Assembly (NCBI GenBank): GCA_013239625.1
Contig: MU053482.1
Location: 781,168-845,167 of the forward strand
Reading direction: 5' to 3'
Source: Lama guanicoe
Taxonomy: Eukaryota
Length of the DNA: 64,000 bases
In this document: one piece after another, positions 1 to 13,029 of the stretch
Layout: the number at the start of each line of letters is the position of its first letter
Numbering within the stretch: position 1 is the stretch's first letter
Program-made: the position numbers and the translations under genes
The notes under the pieces: model-generated
What the model was told of the DNA's origin: nothing
Databases searched by the model: none
The model's input: only the letters and a program-made list of their open reading frames with translations

Positions 1-478
1 CAATCTATTTTTATATATTTAGATTGTTCTTTATTGTGTATTGTTTCAATTACTCTATGGTAAATAAAGCTGAGGGGACCATTCTAGTAGATAAAATTTG
101 CATGTAATCTTAATCTTAAACTGTAGATATGGAATTGCTAGTTCAAAGAGCCTCTGATACATACTGTGAAATTCACTTACCATTTGGGCCTACAACGTTT
201 GAAAGCTTATATCCTTTCACTTTTACCCAAAATAAGTACCATATTTAAAATTTTTGAAGAAAAAAATCTCCTTTTTAAACAATCGTATTTGATCTCAAAT
301 GACTTTGAACTTTTTTCCTTTTTTTGCATTTGACTTCTGATGCTATGAATTGAATGATTATAGATCTTGTCTCTTTCACTGACATTGACAAGAAGATATC
401 CGAATAACAAACCTAAAATCCTACACTTGCAATCGAGAATCTCTCCATGACCACAGCTGGGGTTTCACTCCTGTTTCT

Positions 479-1432
479 ATGGCTGGAGGCAACTGGACGA
501 GAGTTAGCGAGTTTACCCTGATGAGTTTCTCTTCCTTACCTACTGAAATACAGTCATTACTCTTCCTGGTATTTTTAATCATCTACCTGGTTACCCTGAT
601 GGGAAACGGCCTCATCCTTCTGGTCACCTGGGCTGACCCCGTGCTGCACAGCCCCATGTACTTCTTCCTCAGGAACTTGTCCTTCCTGGAGATTTGCTTC
701 AACTTAGTTGCTGTGCCCAAGATGCTGGCGACCCTGATTGCCCAGGACACGACCATCTCCTTTCTTGGCTGTGCCACTCAGATGTATTTCTTCTTCTTCT
801 TTGGGGTATCTGAATGCTTCCTTCTGGCTACCATGGCGTATGACCGCTATGTAGCCATCTGCAGTCCCTTGCACTACCCAGTCATCATGAGCACAAGGAC
901 ATGTGCCAAACTGGCTGCTGCCTCCTGGTTTCCAGGCGTTCCTGTAGCTACTGTGCAGACCACGTGGCTCTTCAGCTTTCCATTCTGTGGCACCAACAAG
1001 GTGAACCACTTCTTCTGCGACAGCCCACCTGTGCTCAGGCTGGTCTGTGCAGACACAGCACTCTTTGAGGTCTATGCCATCGTTGGGACCATTCTGGTCA
1101 TCATGCTACCCTGCTTGCTCATCCTATGTTCCTACACTCGCATCGCTGCTGCCATCCTCAAGATTCCGTCAGCTAAAGGGAAGCACAAAGCCTTCTCTAC
1201 CTGCTCCTCCCACCTCCTTGTTGTCTCCCTTTTCTATGTATCTCTAAGCCTCACCTACTTCCGTCCCAAGTCCAATAATTCTCCTGAGAGCAAGAAGGTG
1301 CTGTCACTATCCTACACCGTTGTGACTCCCATGTTGAACCCCATTATCTACAGCCTGAGAAATAATGAAGTGAAGAATGCCCTCGGCCGGGCTTTCTGCA
1401 AAATCCTCAGCCTTAGAAACTGCATCCCATAG
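479..1432 (+). CDS. OR10A2: Olfactory receptor, family 10A (OR10A2/OR10A5-like), intact, 317 aa
   Basis: OR motifs [32 protein letters not shown] and [12 protein letters not shown], plus N-glycosylation sequon NWT. Ends LRNCIP like recalled human OR10A2/A5. A2 versus A5 cannot be separated from sequence; A2 is chosen because it neighbours OR10A4. Candidate splice acceptor ccacag at 451-456. Confidence 0.93.
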   Translation: MAGGNWTRVSEFTLMSFSSLPTEIQSLLFLVFLIIYLVTLMGNGLILLVTWADPVLHSPMYFFLRNLSFLEICFNLVAVPKMLATLIAQDTTISFLGCATQMYFFFFFGVSECFLLATMAYDRYVAICSPLHYPVIMSTRTCAKLAAASWFPGVPVATVQTTWLFSFPFCGTNKVNHFFCDSPPVLRLVCADTALFEVYAIVGTILVIMLPCLLILCSYTRIAAAILKIPSAKGKHKAFSTCSSHLLVVSLFYVSLSLTYFRPKSNNSPESKKVLSLSYTVVTPMLNPIIYSLRNNEVKNALGRAFCKILSLRNCIP

Positions 1433-1922
1433 ACATTAAGAAATAAGACTAAACCTTACTGAGTGAGGAACAATTAGTTCATATTTGGGATTCCTCTGCC
1501 TCTCTTCCCAGCTGCGTTGTGATAAAACCCAGCTTCTGAAATAACTACAGCAAAACTCAGTGGAGAAAAACCTGCACAGACGTAGTTTAGACCTATCACT
1601 ACCACTTGGAAACTTTCTTTGCTTTCCTGTTATAGACTTACTTTTTTATTTCCTATTGGCAATTCAACAGTTCTGTGGCCAAGTAATTCCAGATATTCAC
1701 ATTCTGGTGTTCACATTGTAAACAGTATGAAAGTGTTTGTAATCCTAACACTTGGGAACACACATAATAAAATAGAGCAAAATCAATCAAAAATCACCTT
1801 TCGCTTTGTATCATTTTGGGCAAATATGACTCCATTCATCACATGGGAAACCCTATGAGTCCTTCCAATGCATTATCTCTTCACTCCTCACTGCCTTATC
1901 ATCCTCATGAGGCAGTGTTAGT

Positions 1923-2963
1923 ATAGTTGATTTACAATGCTTCAAGTGTACAGTAAAATGATTCAGTTATACATATATATAAATCTATTATTCTTCAGAT
2001 TCTTTTCCATTATAGGTAATTATAGAATATTCAGTATAGTTCCCTGTGCTATACAGTAGGACCTTGTTGGTTATCTATTTTATATATATAGTAGTGTTCA
2101 TCTTTTAATCCCTAACTCCTAATTTATCCCTCCTCCTTACCCTTTTCCCCTTTGGTAAGCACAGTTTGTTTCTGTGTTTGTGAGACTATTTCTGCTTTGT
2201 GAATAAGTTCAATTTTTTAAAGATTCCACATATAAGTGATGTCATATATTTGTCTTTCTCTGTCTGACCTACTTGACTTAGTATGATAATCTCTAGGTCC
2301 ACCCATGTTCCTGCAAATGATGTTATTTCATTTCTTTTTTATGGCTGAGGAATATATATATATATTTATCCCACAACTTCTTTATCCAGTCATCTGTTGA
2401 TGGGCATTTAGGTTGCTTCCATGTCTTGGCTATTGTAAATAGTGCTGCTATGAACATTTGGGTGCATGTATGTTTTTGAATTAGAGTTTTCTCTGGACAT
2501 ATGCCCCAAAGTGGGATTGTTGGATCATACGATAAGTCTATTTTTAGTTTTTAAAGGAAGACCCATACTCTTCTCCATAGTGGCTTCACCAATTTACATT
2601 CCCACCAACAGTGTAGGAGGGTTTCCTTTTCTCCACACCCTCTCCAACAATTATTATTTGTACACTTTTTGACGATGGCCATTCTGAGAGGCATGAGGCG
2701 ACACCTCATTGCTCGTTGTAGTTTCGATCTGCATTTCTTGAATAAGTAGTGCTATTGAGCATCTTTCCATGTGCCTGTTGGAGAATTGTCAGTTTAACTC
2801 TTCTGCGCATTTTTTGATTGGGTTGTTTGTTTTGTTGATATTGAGCTTTTTGAGCTGTTTGTATATTTTGGAAGGTAATCCCTTGTTGGTCACATTGTTT
2901 GTAAATATCTTCTCCTGTTCCATAGGTTGTCTTTTCATTTTGCTTATGGGTTCCTTTGCTGTA
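1923..2963 (-). mobile_element. 5'-truncated LINE-1 (cetartiodactyl-type 3' UTR plus ORF2 end) with target-site duplication
   Basis: Typical antisense L1 3' UTR (gttccctgtgctatacagtagg) and ORF2 C-terminal remnant (ISKMKRQPMEQEKIF...NNPIKK). Direct repeat gaggcagtgttagt at 1909-1922 and 2964-2977. Confidence 0.9.
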
Positions 2964-3029
2964 GAGGCAGTGTTAGTTCTTTTAAGCTCACTGGTATGCA
3001 GTATATAGGAAGGTGGATCAATAATTCCC

Positions 3030-3930
3030 ATACCTACTAACTGGGTGAGAACACAGCCCCACTCATCAGCAGACAGGCTGTGAAAAGACTTCCAGAGGCC
3101 ACAGTCACCTCTATATATGCCCTTAGACATGACCCTGCCCAGCATAAGGCCAGGACCCAGCTCCACCCACCAGTGGGCAGGTCTTTCCCACCAGGACACC
3201 TCAAGTCTCTAGTCCAGTCACATCCACCAGGGGGCAGACACCAGAAGCAAGAAAACAGCAATCCTACCGCCTACGGAATGAGCCCACAAACTCAGACCAG
3301 ACTCTACCCTGGGACTAGCTGGCCCCTAGCCCTTGGCTGATGAGAGTGAAGTGTACGGCTGGGACCCATAGGATGCTACCTACAGAGGTGCACTTCTCCA
3401 AGGCTAAGAAATGTAACTATCCTATCACACACATAAAAATACAAGTAGAAATGTAGACAAAATAAGATGGCAAAGGGATACGTTCCAGGCAAAGGGAAAA
3501 GATAAAATGCCAAAAGAAGAACTAAGTGATGAGAAGAGACGCAATCCATGTGAGAGAGATCAGGGCAATGCTTGTGAAGATTATCAGAGAACTTGGGAGG
3601 GGAATGGATGCACAGAGTAAGAAGTTGGAATTTTTTAGCAAAGAGATAGAAAGTATAAAGAACAACAAAATAGAGTTAAAGAGCACAATAACTGAAATGA
3701 ATAATACACTAGAAGGAACCAAGAGTAGACTAAAAAAGGCAGAAGAAAGGATCAATGAGCTAGAAGACAGAGTAGTGGAAATCACTACCACAGAACAGAA
3801 AAAAGAAAAAAAATGAAAAGAAATGAGAATAGTTTGAGAACTCTGGGACAACATGAAGCACACTAATATTTGTATTATAGTGGGTCCCAGAAAGAGAAGA
3901 GAGAGGAAGGACCTGAGGAAAAAAAAAACT
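3030..3930 (+). mobile_element. LINE-1/HAL1-type 5' UTR plus disrupted ORF1
   Basis: ORF 3526-3816 is an L1 ORF1p coiled-coil (ELKSTITEMNNTLEG...AEERINELEDR), frameshifted at both ends, with a GC-richer 5' UTR upstream. Confidence 0.85.
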
Positions 3931-5829
3931 CCCTTTATGACCCCAACAATCATTTTATCCCTCATTCTGTTTTTCCCAGGAAGAATGACCTGAGCTTCCC
4001 CAGGCTCTGTATTTAGCCTATATTCAGGTTCTCATACCTTGCTGAAGTAATATTATAAATTTCAGTCACGATGCTACTTTCATCAAAGATTAAAATGGAC
4101 CCAGCTAACTCGAACATAGCTCTTCTTTAACCACAAAAGGATTCCTCATTCCTTTTATAATTTATAGTACTTATTTTGAAGGTATGCCGTAGTTTATTTA
4201 ACAAGTGTTTTACAATTATGAAGAATAGTTTTATGCATATGTCTATTTATATTTTTACCAGTATATCTGACATGTGGAAATCTAGAAATTAGATTCACTG
4301 GGCAAAAGGTAAACAAATATATAGTGTTGTTCTATTGGCAAATTTTCCTCCCAACTACTTGCACCATTTTACACTTCTACTAGCAATTTATGAGGGTTTT
4401 TTGTTTCCCCACAACCACATCAGTAATATTTGTCACCAATCATTTGGAATTTTGCTGACATAATAGGTTAAAAATCATAATTAAATTTTATTTGAGTGCA
4501 ATAAAATTTGAAGATTATGAAAAAAATGGGTTAGTAAATCAAAGAAAAGGCATGCATTAGACTTCTGAGTTCATAGTTCAGATGATTAACATTTGGTGGT
4601 TTCTTGGTATCCTATTTTCTCTGCTTAAAATGTTCTTTTGACCTTCATCTTAACCAAATCCATCTCATCTTTCATAGTCCCACTCCAGTCCCTCAAGCAG
4701 TATAAATTACTCTCTCCTACATACATCTATTCCAAGTTTGTCAACAGATAAGTTAAATTCTGTATATACTATATTGTACTTATTTTTACGTGTTTGCCTT
4801 TCCCCAATGTACCTGTGACTCTGAAAATGAGACTGGCGCAAGTGTTTCTGTTTTAATAGAACACAGGCGTTCCTGAAAACCTCACGTTTTGCAAAATTCA
4901 CACTAAAAATACTGTGGGGAAGTAGGGTTAGGGAAGACCACTCAAAATATATGCAACTTTGAAGGCAGAACATTAGCTGAAACAATAGTTGGTACCTGGA
5001 GAGACAATACAGACTGTCCAGGCACACAGCTCAGTGAGGCTGGAGATTGCCGCGGTAGACAGTCAGCATGCACGGTAACAGTAGAATGAAATTGCCAACA
5101 ACAGTTCATTTAGAAGAAGGATATTGGCTGCTGAGACTGTGCATATGGATGTGATGCTCTGAACCAGTAGGACAGCCCTTAAATGGCTATGGGAGTCAGT
5201 ACCACTCTTCAGAAGCCTCACACTGCACAAAGTTAAGGGGTGCCCCTTTCTGCAGGTGGAGCCTAAGGTACAAGCACACTTTTAAATTTTTCTTAAAAGC
5301 AGCTAGGAGAGCTCCTGATGCCAAGGCCTCGGGACATTTACTTCAATGTTGAACGTTATCACTTTACTCTGTCTATTCTGATTTGCTTTGCCCAACAAAA
5401 ATGTTACATTACAATGAAATCATTCTCTAATTTTTCTGTAGTGTATGAAAAATAAATAAATGAATGGGTAATCTAGCTGAGAAATGATGGTGACTGGGAG
5501 TAGAGTGGTATTAGTAGAAATTACTTCCAAGTATTTTTTTATAGGAAGAATTGATAGGACTACATAGTAGCTTGCACATGGAGAAATACACTACGCGAGG
5601 GAGAAGGGTTGAATCTAGAGCAAGACCAGTTCCTATAATAGAGTACGAGTGTTCTGAAAATCTGGAAAAGATCCAAAAAAAAAAAAAAGGTATAGAAGAG
5701 TTTTTTTTTTTCCCAGAAAAGTCAGGCTTAGATTGTTTTCCTTTATATCCCTCTTAAAAATCCTCTTTCACATTTTAGGAACATCCACCCAAACATGCAG
5801 TAACTGATCTTGCCTTGGGACCAAATACT

Positions 5830-6290
5830 TTCATCATAAGACAAGTTATCCCAGAATTAGACATGGAGCCAAGGATTCAAGTGCAAGTGAGTTATTAAGG
5901 AGAAACCATAAAATGAGTGGGAACGTAGAGTGGGAATGGAGAAGCAGCTAAGCAAAACACAATTCCAGGTGACACCCTAGTTCCCTGCTGGATCACCCGA
6001 GCATAAATAAATCTCAGAATTTGTTCTGCTTCAGGTCATAGAAAGTAGGCTTTTTTGTACTTCCACTTGTAGGGAAGAAGAATTAAAACTCTTAGGCAGT
6101 TCTGTCTCCTGGAGAGGTTCCCCAGTGCCCAGAGGCATTCTTCTGACGGTCTCAGGTACCAGCTATTAGAAGTAAAGCTTGCAGAAGCTGACAGAGGGTG
6201 CACAGAGCTGACAAAGGGTGCACGGAGCTGGGCAGAATGACTCAAGAGGATTAAGGAGGAACTCCAATAGAGTCCATTACAGTCTTTTTT
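5830..6290 (-). mobile_element. Old ERVL-class LTR remnant
   Basis: ccaaggattcaagtgcaagtgagttatt resembles the antisense end of recalled ERVL LTRs. Contains a 20-bp tandem duplication at 6186-6230. Confidence 0.45.
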
Positions 6291-7641
6291 TTCACAGTGG
6301 ACTTCTAACCACACATCATTACATACAGTGATGATAGTTTTTTTTCTTCATCTCCCACTTTTACAGGGAATCCCTTTGAGATGACTGGGACTGAGAAAGT
6401 AGCTCATGAAGATCATTTTACCTTTTAAAGGCTTTTCTCTTAGCCATCCAAAGACATGGCTAAAGGTGTGTTGCTCAAAACTTTATTAAATTATAATCCA
6501 AGTCCCTCATCGTCATAGTTACATTCTGGGAAATGGGAAGTGGCGGCGCTCTTTTTGCAGCTGTATCGCTTTCTTCTAGTTACATATTCATCACAGTTGT
6601 GAATTCACGTTTTTACATGATTTTTTGATGTTAGTCTTCCCCTCTAAACTGCATGTTCCACGAGGCCGAGGACAATGTCTGTAAAACTTACTACTGAAAA
6701 CCGCAATGCCTGGTTCATGTTAGGAAATCAATAAATATTTGCTGGATGAAAGAAAAAACATACAAATTGGATCTTGTGCATGTGTTCATTGGTCATTGGA
6801 GCCTGAAATACAATTGCTCCTCCTCCAAATGCTAATAAGGAGGACTGAAGAGAGAGAGGATGAGAGGAAGAATGCCAGAGAGAAGACATGAAGCCATTTC
6901 TACCCTCTCACCACCTTTGGTTGTATCCCAAGTGCACACGGGGGCTAATAGGGATTTATATTGTATGTTGGACAGTGAGAAGGGCTCTCAGGGGGAACAA
7001 TAAACAGTTATCCTCTGTTCTCACTTTTGTTGGAAATCACTTCCCTAGAGCAAACTTCAAGATGAACATGCCATCCTACTCAATCAAAATGGAAAATCTC
7101 ATTATATGGGTGGAGGAGGAGGCAGAATGCGAGTGTTTTAAGTATGCCTTGTGGAAAAAGCAAAGATCATATGTGTAGGCACTGTGCCAGGTACTAAGCA
7201 AATAATAATGAGCAAGTCAGATATGGTTACTGCTTTCAGTAAGAAACAAAACACCTATTTCAGAAGCACTGTAAGAAATGCTCAGAAATGCATGAGAGTC
7301 TTTGGATGAAGCCTTAATTGGCTGGAGGAAACTTTACATCAAAGCATGGACACCATCTTACTCTGTCAACTTCAATTGCTATTCCAGAGGAGTTAGGATT
7401 TTGAGATTGTTAGTCAGACTTTTTTCATCTTAACCAGGAGTTAAGAGCCTCCCCATCGGAAAGAATCATCAACCAACTGAATATGGTTTTCATTAAAATT
7501 CTCTACTTGGCCTAGATAATAATTATTGAGTTGTCCTTTTCCTTCTAAAAAAAACCTCCCCTGAGTCCAGGTCAGAAACAGTCCTAAGAACCAATCCAAT
7601 GAGAATCAAAAGTGAAGGGAGATGTAAAAGGCTACTGGCAC

Positions 7642-8261
7642 GAGAAATGAAATCACTCTCCTGAAGATACCTGCACCCCCATATTCACTGTAGCATTTTT
7701 CACAATAGCCAAGGCATGGAAACCACCTAAGTGTCCATCAACGATGCGTGGGTAAAGAAGATGTGACATACACACACACGTATACAATGCGACATTAATC
7801 AGCCATGAGAAAGAAGGAAATCCTGACACTTGCAGCAACAAGGATGGAGCCTGAGGGCATTATACTGAGTGAGATAAGTCAGACAGAGAAGGACAAATAC
7901 TATATTGATCTCACTTATATATGGAATCTGAAAAAAAACAAACTCAAAGAAACAGGTGGTTGCCAGGGCCTGTGGTGGGTTGATGTTAGTCAAAGGGTAC
8001 AAACTCAGTTTTAAATAAATATGTTCTGGGAATCAAATGTACAGCATGATGATAATATCCTTGAAAGTTGATAAGAGAGTAGATCTTAAATGTTTTCACC
8101 TCAAACACACACAAAAGCTAATTATGTGAGGTGATGGACATGTTGGCGAACCCTACTGTGGTGTTCATTTCACAGTACACACAGGAATCAAATCATCATG
8201 TTGTACATAAACTTATGCAATGTTACATGTCAATTATATCTCAACAAAGCTGGAAAAAAAA
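7642..8261 (+). mobile_element. LINE-1 3' end (L1MA9-like)
   Basis: tgcacccccatattcactgtagca...aaccacctaagtgtccatc...caattatatctcaacaaagctgg followed by an A tail. Confidence 0.85.
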
Positions 8262-11200
8262 CTAAAGAATAGTGGCACACTCCTCTAATTTCTCTCTGCT
8301 GAAAGCCTTGGAGAATAGAGAGGGCACTGAGGTTTGTCCTTTTGCTCTTGTAGCCTCACAAGTGCAGGAAACATTGGAGCTGCAGTCAAGGTCTTCCTCC
8401 AGTTATGGGACTGCAACATCTTCATGAATTTTTGCATTCCTGGGAACCCCTCAAAACTCACACCTGTCAGAAGAAGAACCTATGACTTCACCTGAGGGAG
8501 AGGAAGCAATGGAGGAAATCACTTCCCTACAGTAAACAGCAGGGACCAAAAGAGTCCTGAGACCCAGCCTGGAATCCTCCAGGGTGGCTGACACAGGCCC
8601 AGCCCAGAGCTTCTCTGGAGTGACTAAGGCAGCACAGCTCCGAGCTCCCTCACAGGGACTGGCCCTGCCACAGCAGCCCAGGGTTGACCTGGGGTGCCTG
8701 ACACAGCCCTGGACAAAGCTTCTTTAAGAATGTGGCAAGGCACAGCCCCAGAGTTCACCAGCAACGTGGACCAAGACAAGCACAGCCGAGTGTCTTTGGA
8801 ATGACTGGCACAGACATAGCCATAATTGAGGACTCCCCTGGAGTCACTCATTCAGACATGGTTTAAAGCTACTCTAGAGCAGCTGACGCCAACCAGGGCT
8901 TGTCTGGAACATGACAGAGACAAGTCTCACACAGGAGGTAAGTGAAGGGGGAGAGGGCAGGGCACAGACTTGAAATCTCTCGTCAAGAGGATGATGGCTC
9001 ACCACCTAAAAAAAGTATGTCTTCGTCGACACATTTCTGGGAGATAAGAAAAGAGATCAGAGTTCTCAAGTTTAAAAAAATGGAGTTTTATAGGACTTCT
9101 CAAATTAGGGAACTTAGGAAAGGATAGAAAACAATGATCCTATATGTATTGTCTTTCAGAATGTTCAATGTTTGCACGTGTATTATCTCATTTCACACCT
9201 TCCAGGTGAGTGAGGCTTTCATAAAAACCATCATTTTATAGTTGAGAAAATCATTACTCAGGAAATGTCACATCCGTAGCTCTATGTCTCACAGCTAAAA
9301 CAGATAACCAGAACTTTAACTGCAAATTTATGACTTCAGAGCCCTTGCCATTACGACCGTGTGATCTCAAACCATCATTTATGTGGCTTCACGATGTTCT
9401 CTTCAGTATGTTACCTGGTCTTCTTTGTTGAAACAAAGCAGAGAATGTCCAAGATGTCATCCCTGAAAGGAGACGCTCCAGGTAGATACGGAGCTGCCCA
9501 GGCGACCTCAGCCAAGTGTCCGCATAACTTCTCCTCCCCTCTAGCGTTCTCTTTTCCTCTCCACCACCCCCGCTATGTCGCAGGGGAAAACGGAAAATTA
9601 AAAACAGAAGAGAAAGGTAAAAGATCTGAATAAGAAAGAGAGGGAAGGCCAGATAAAAAGAAAGAATTAGAGAGAGATGGCGCTAGACAAAGGAAGGAAA
9701 ATATAGAATTACAGCTATAGGAGAGGGGCCAACTGTCACTTTGTGTTTTGTGCAGCTGTGGGGCCTTAAGAAGATGCCCAAGGGGTCATTTCATGGGGCA
9801 GGAGGAAAGTGAAAGCCAAGTGGGGATCCCTGCCCTCGTTCATCCTCATTGCACTTAAGTATTGAGAGTTCCTGAAAGATTTGGTTCAAAAGAAACAGGA
9901 AGGGGCACCTCTGCTTTAAAAGTCAGAAAAACCACTGTTATGTGGATGCAAGTTCCCTCAGCTGCATTAACTGGATATTCAGAGATTCTGTTTGATAACT
10001 TCTCAGCTGGGGACTTGAGAACCTTTTCTTTCCTAAACTTTTGTCACCACATACTGTCTAGTGTGTAAGTAGTGTCATCTGGTTGTGTGTCGGTAGGAAA
10101 TTCTCCAACTATGTTTGCTGTAGTTTTCCTCTGGTTTCAGCTGTCACAGGTCTCAGCGACACTTCATTGGATTGCATTCTCTGTGCCCAACACTGCTTTA
10201 CCGAAAGATTGGACTCAGAGGCTTCTTGAAACTATGGAAACTATAATATATATTTATATATAATCATATTTATGAATTACACGTATTATATAATATCAAG
10301 AACAATAATAGTGACAGGAAGAATTCAAATGCATGTCATGTTTTATAATTCTACATTTATTTTCGTATCTCTTACCAGACAATAATTTTAAAACATTGGT
10401 AAAAGGATTTTTACAAATACTTAAAAAATAATAGTGATTATTTTAATCCATCATGGAAACCCTAAGAATTCCATGACAAAGAAGTTCATTAACTTTTTAA
10501 GATATTAGTATGTTAAGCCAATTAACTGATGACATTAAGGCAAATGTTAATTAGTGATTGAACAAACATTTATTGTTACTTTGTGGGTACCAGGCAATGT
10601 AGTGTGGATACAGAGATGGATACCATTTAGTTTGTGGCTTCAAAAAGTGCACCATTTGCAGGTGAGGACACATATAAAGTCACTATGACATAAAATCATT
10701 GTTATAATAAGGGCATTTTGAATTCTTGGAGGAACACAAAGGAGAGAGTAGTTAGCTATACCCAGGTGGGGAATGGGGATGGTCAGAAGGGGTTTTATAA
10801 GTTGACATTAGCTCTTGGATTAGAAAATAAGTATCAATGTGGTTTATCTGCATGTCACTAAGGCATTTGATGAGCTCTTTCACGAGATCTTTGTTACTAC
10901 ATTAAAGAGATCTATTCCAGGTGACAGTACATATAACTGTGTTTATTTATACCCAACCCATGTCTGAAATGATTTAACATCGCTGATAGAAAAAAAAAGA
11001 GATATCTTTGCTATTTGCCCAAAGAGTAGAGGTTAAAAATTGGTGTCAAGCCACTTGGGGATATGGCATAAGTGATACGCCCCAGAGTCTTGGCTCTGTC
11101 CTAGAAATATTTTGATTAAACATTTGAGGGAAGTGGCCATTCATGGAATACCGAGTGATGCAAAGCTGGTGTGATAGAGCAAAGCTTTAAAAATATCTTC

Positions 11201-11329
11201 TCAGCCCATAGTAGACAAATTAAACAAAATAATCTTGGAAGATAAAACCTAACGTACCCCCTGTGAAACACACACACATGCACATACACACCCACAGGTC
11301 TGTTGGCTCAACTAGAGATCCAATTGTGT

Positions 11330-12160
11330 CACCAAACTGCTTTGAAAATAGTTCAACTACATTGATTACTAAGCACTTGGAGCTAAGTACTCTGCTAAGT
11401 ACAAAAGATACAATGATGAATGAATGCATTTGTACTCATGGCATTAGTAATTATTTAAGATAAATAGATTCCCACATACACAATTATAAAAATACTCTAA
11501 TAGACGTTTACACAAAGCGTGATAAGAGAGTAAAAGAATTATTCCTTGATTAGTCAAGGGAAGACAGGGATACTTCCCAAAGAAAATGTTTCAGTGGAGA
11601 CTTTCAAGATGAGCAAAAGTTATACATAATTCCAGGAGGGGTGTCCAAGGGTAGAGAGCCACATGCACACATGCAGGGAGTGGGGAGAGAGCAGGATGTT
11701 TGCACAGAACAGGAAGTATTTTGGTGTTGATCAGAGCATCAGCTATGTAGAGGATTTCAAACTGGAAAAATAAGCAGTTATTAGAGAAAAAGATTTTCTC
11801 AAAGAGTCTGAGTTATCTCAGGGACAGTAGAGAGTGATTGATGGTGAGCAGGTAATCTGATCAGAGTTGCTGTCAGATCACACACAACTCAAGGATGGTT
11901 TGAAGAGAATGAGCTGGAATTGGGCTCCTACAATATTCCAGGTCAGGGAAAATAAGAACCAGAACCTAAAGGCAGTGGTGATGGGGATGGAGACGGTGAC
12001 ACTGTATCAGTGTTAGGGAAGAAAAATAACCAAGTTTGGGGGATGAATTAAAGGATTTTTCCCCCAGTTCCTGGGTTATACAGCCAGGCAGTATCATTTC
12101 CTGAAATAAGGTAGATAAAAGGAGGGGAATCAGGGTGGAGGAAGATGATGAGTGTAATTT
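11330..12160 (-). mobile_element. LINE-2 remnant
   Basis: Antisense L2 3' signature (aagcacttggagctaagtactctgctaag, ggcagtggtgatggggatggaga, gatgatgagtgtaattt). Confidence 0.55.
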
Positions 12161-12654
12161 ATAACTCTTACCACTCTTTGAATCTAAGGCTGTATTGTTG
12201 ATGTATGTAGACTTTTGTGTCTAAATTTCTTATGAATGAGACTTACTGTGCCTACACACTGTCCATACAGATATTTTCCTGATTATTTTCCATATCTTCA
12301 TTCTTCATTCATCATTAAGTAACAATTTACTGGGCATCTACCTTGCAAGGCATTGGGATACAAAGCTGAATAACACAAGTTCTCTCAAGGAGTGTACCAC
12401 CGAGATTATGTGGTAGAGACATAAATCAACGATTATTCTAAGATGAGGACTATGAAAGCAGTATTTCCAGTCTCCAGTGGTGCTAACACCTTGAAACAGT
12501 CTGCCCCTCTAGAAACTGTCTTGCTTGTTTCTCCCTGGCTACCTTCCTATGCCAGACACATCACCTGTGAGCTCGGGCTCATCCCCGTCCTCAGGGAGTG
12601 GGTGAAAGTACCGCCTGATGGGCATACCCGGGACTTGCAGTCAGACCACCCAGG

Positions 12655-12840
12655 GTGCATATCCTGATGCCATAGCTTGCCTGATGCCTGACTTTGGGGA
12701 GGTTACTCAACTTGTCTGTGCCTCCGATTCCTTCGCTGTAAAGTGAAGCTAATAATAGTTCCTGTATCTCCAGGTTGTTGTGAGACACAGCGTAACATGC
12801 AAAACACTTACTGTCTAAACTTACTTGGTGCTCAATAAAT
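12655..12840 (+). mobile_element. MIR SINE
   Basis: MIR core tgactttggggaggttactcaacttgtctgtgcctccgattccttcgctgtaaagtg. Confidence 0.7.
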
Positions 12841-13029
12841 TTTATTTCTCACTCTGAAAATAAATAAGGTATCAAAAAGTTGTTACTAGGAAAATAAAAA
12901 AAGTTATCAAAAAAGTTTCGTAAAGGAAATGATGCCCAGCTTGAGATTTTTTTAATGAATCAGCAAAAAATTTAAATAAATCTTTCTCACTGATTTTGCT
13001 CTTTTCCTCCCTCTTTCCTTCATCATCCT

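Noticed and set aside
583..1247. Short ORFs overlapping OR genes (also near 14.7-15.1, 18.0-18.9 and 29.5-29.7 kb)
   Set aside because: Antisense or alternate-frame shadows of the real CDS.
2466..3965. Cluster of 68-147 aa ORFs as novel genes
   Set aside because: All derive from L1 ORF1, ORF2 or UTR sequence or their antisense strands.
12945..12960. H-element-like TTTTTAATGA OR enhancer core (also about 23530 and 38130)
   Set aside because: Isolated hits in T-runs or repeats without a convincing adjacent O/E site.
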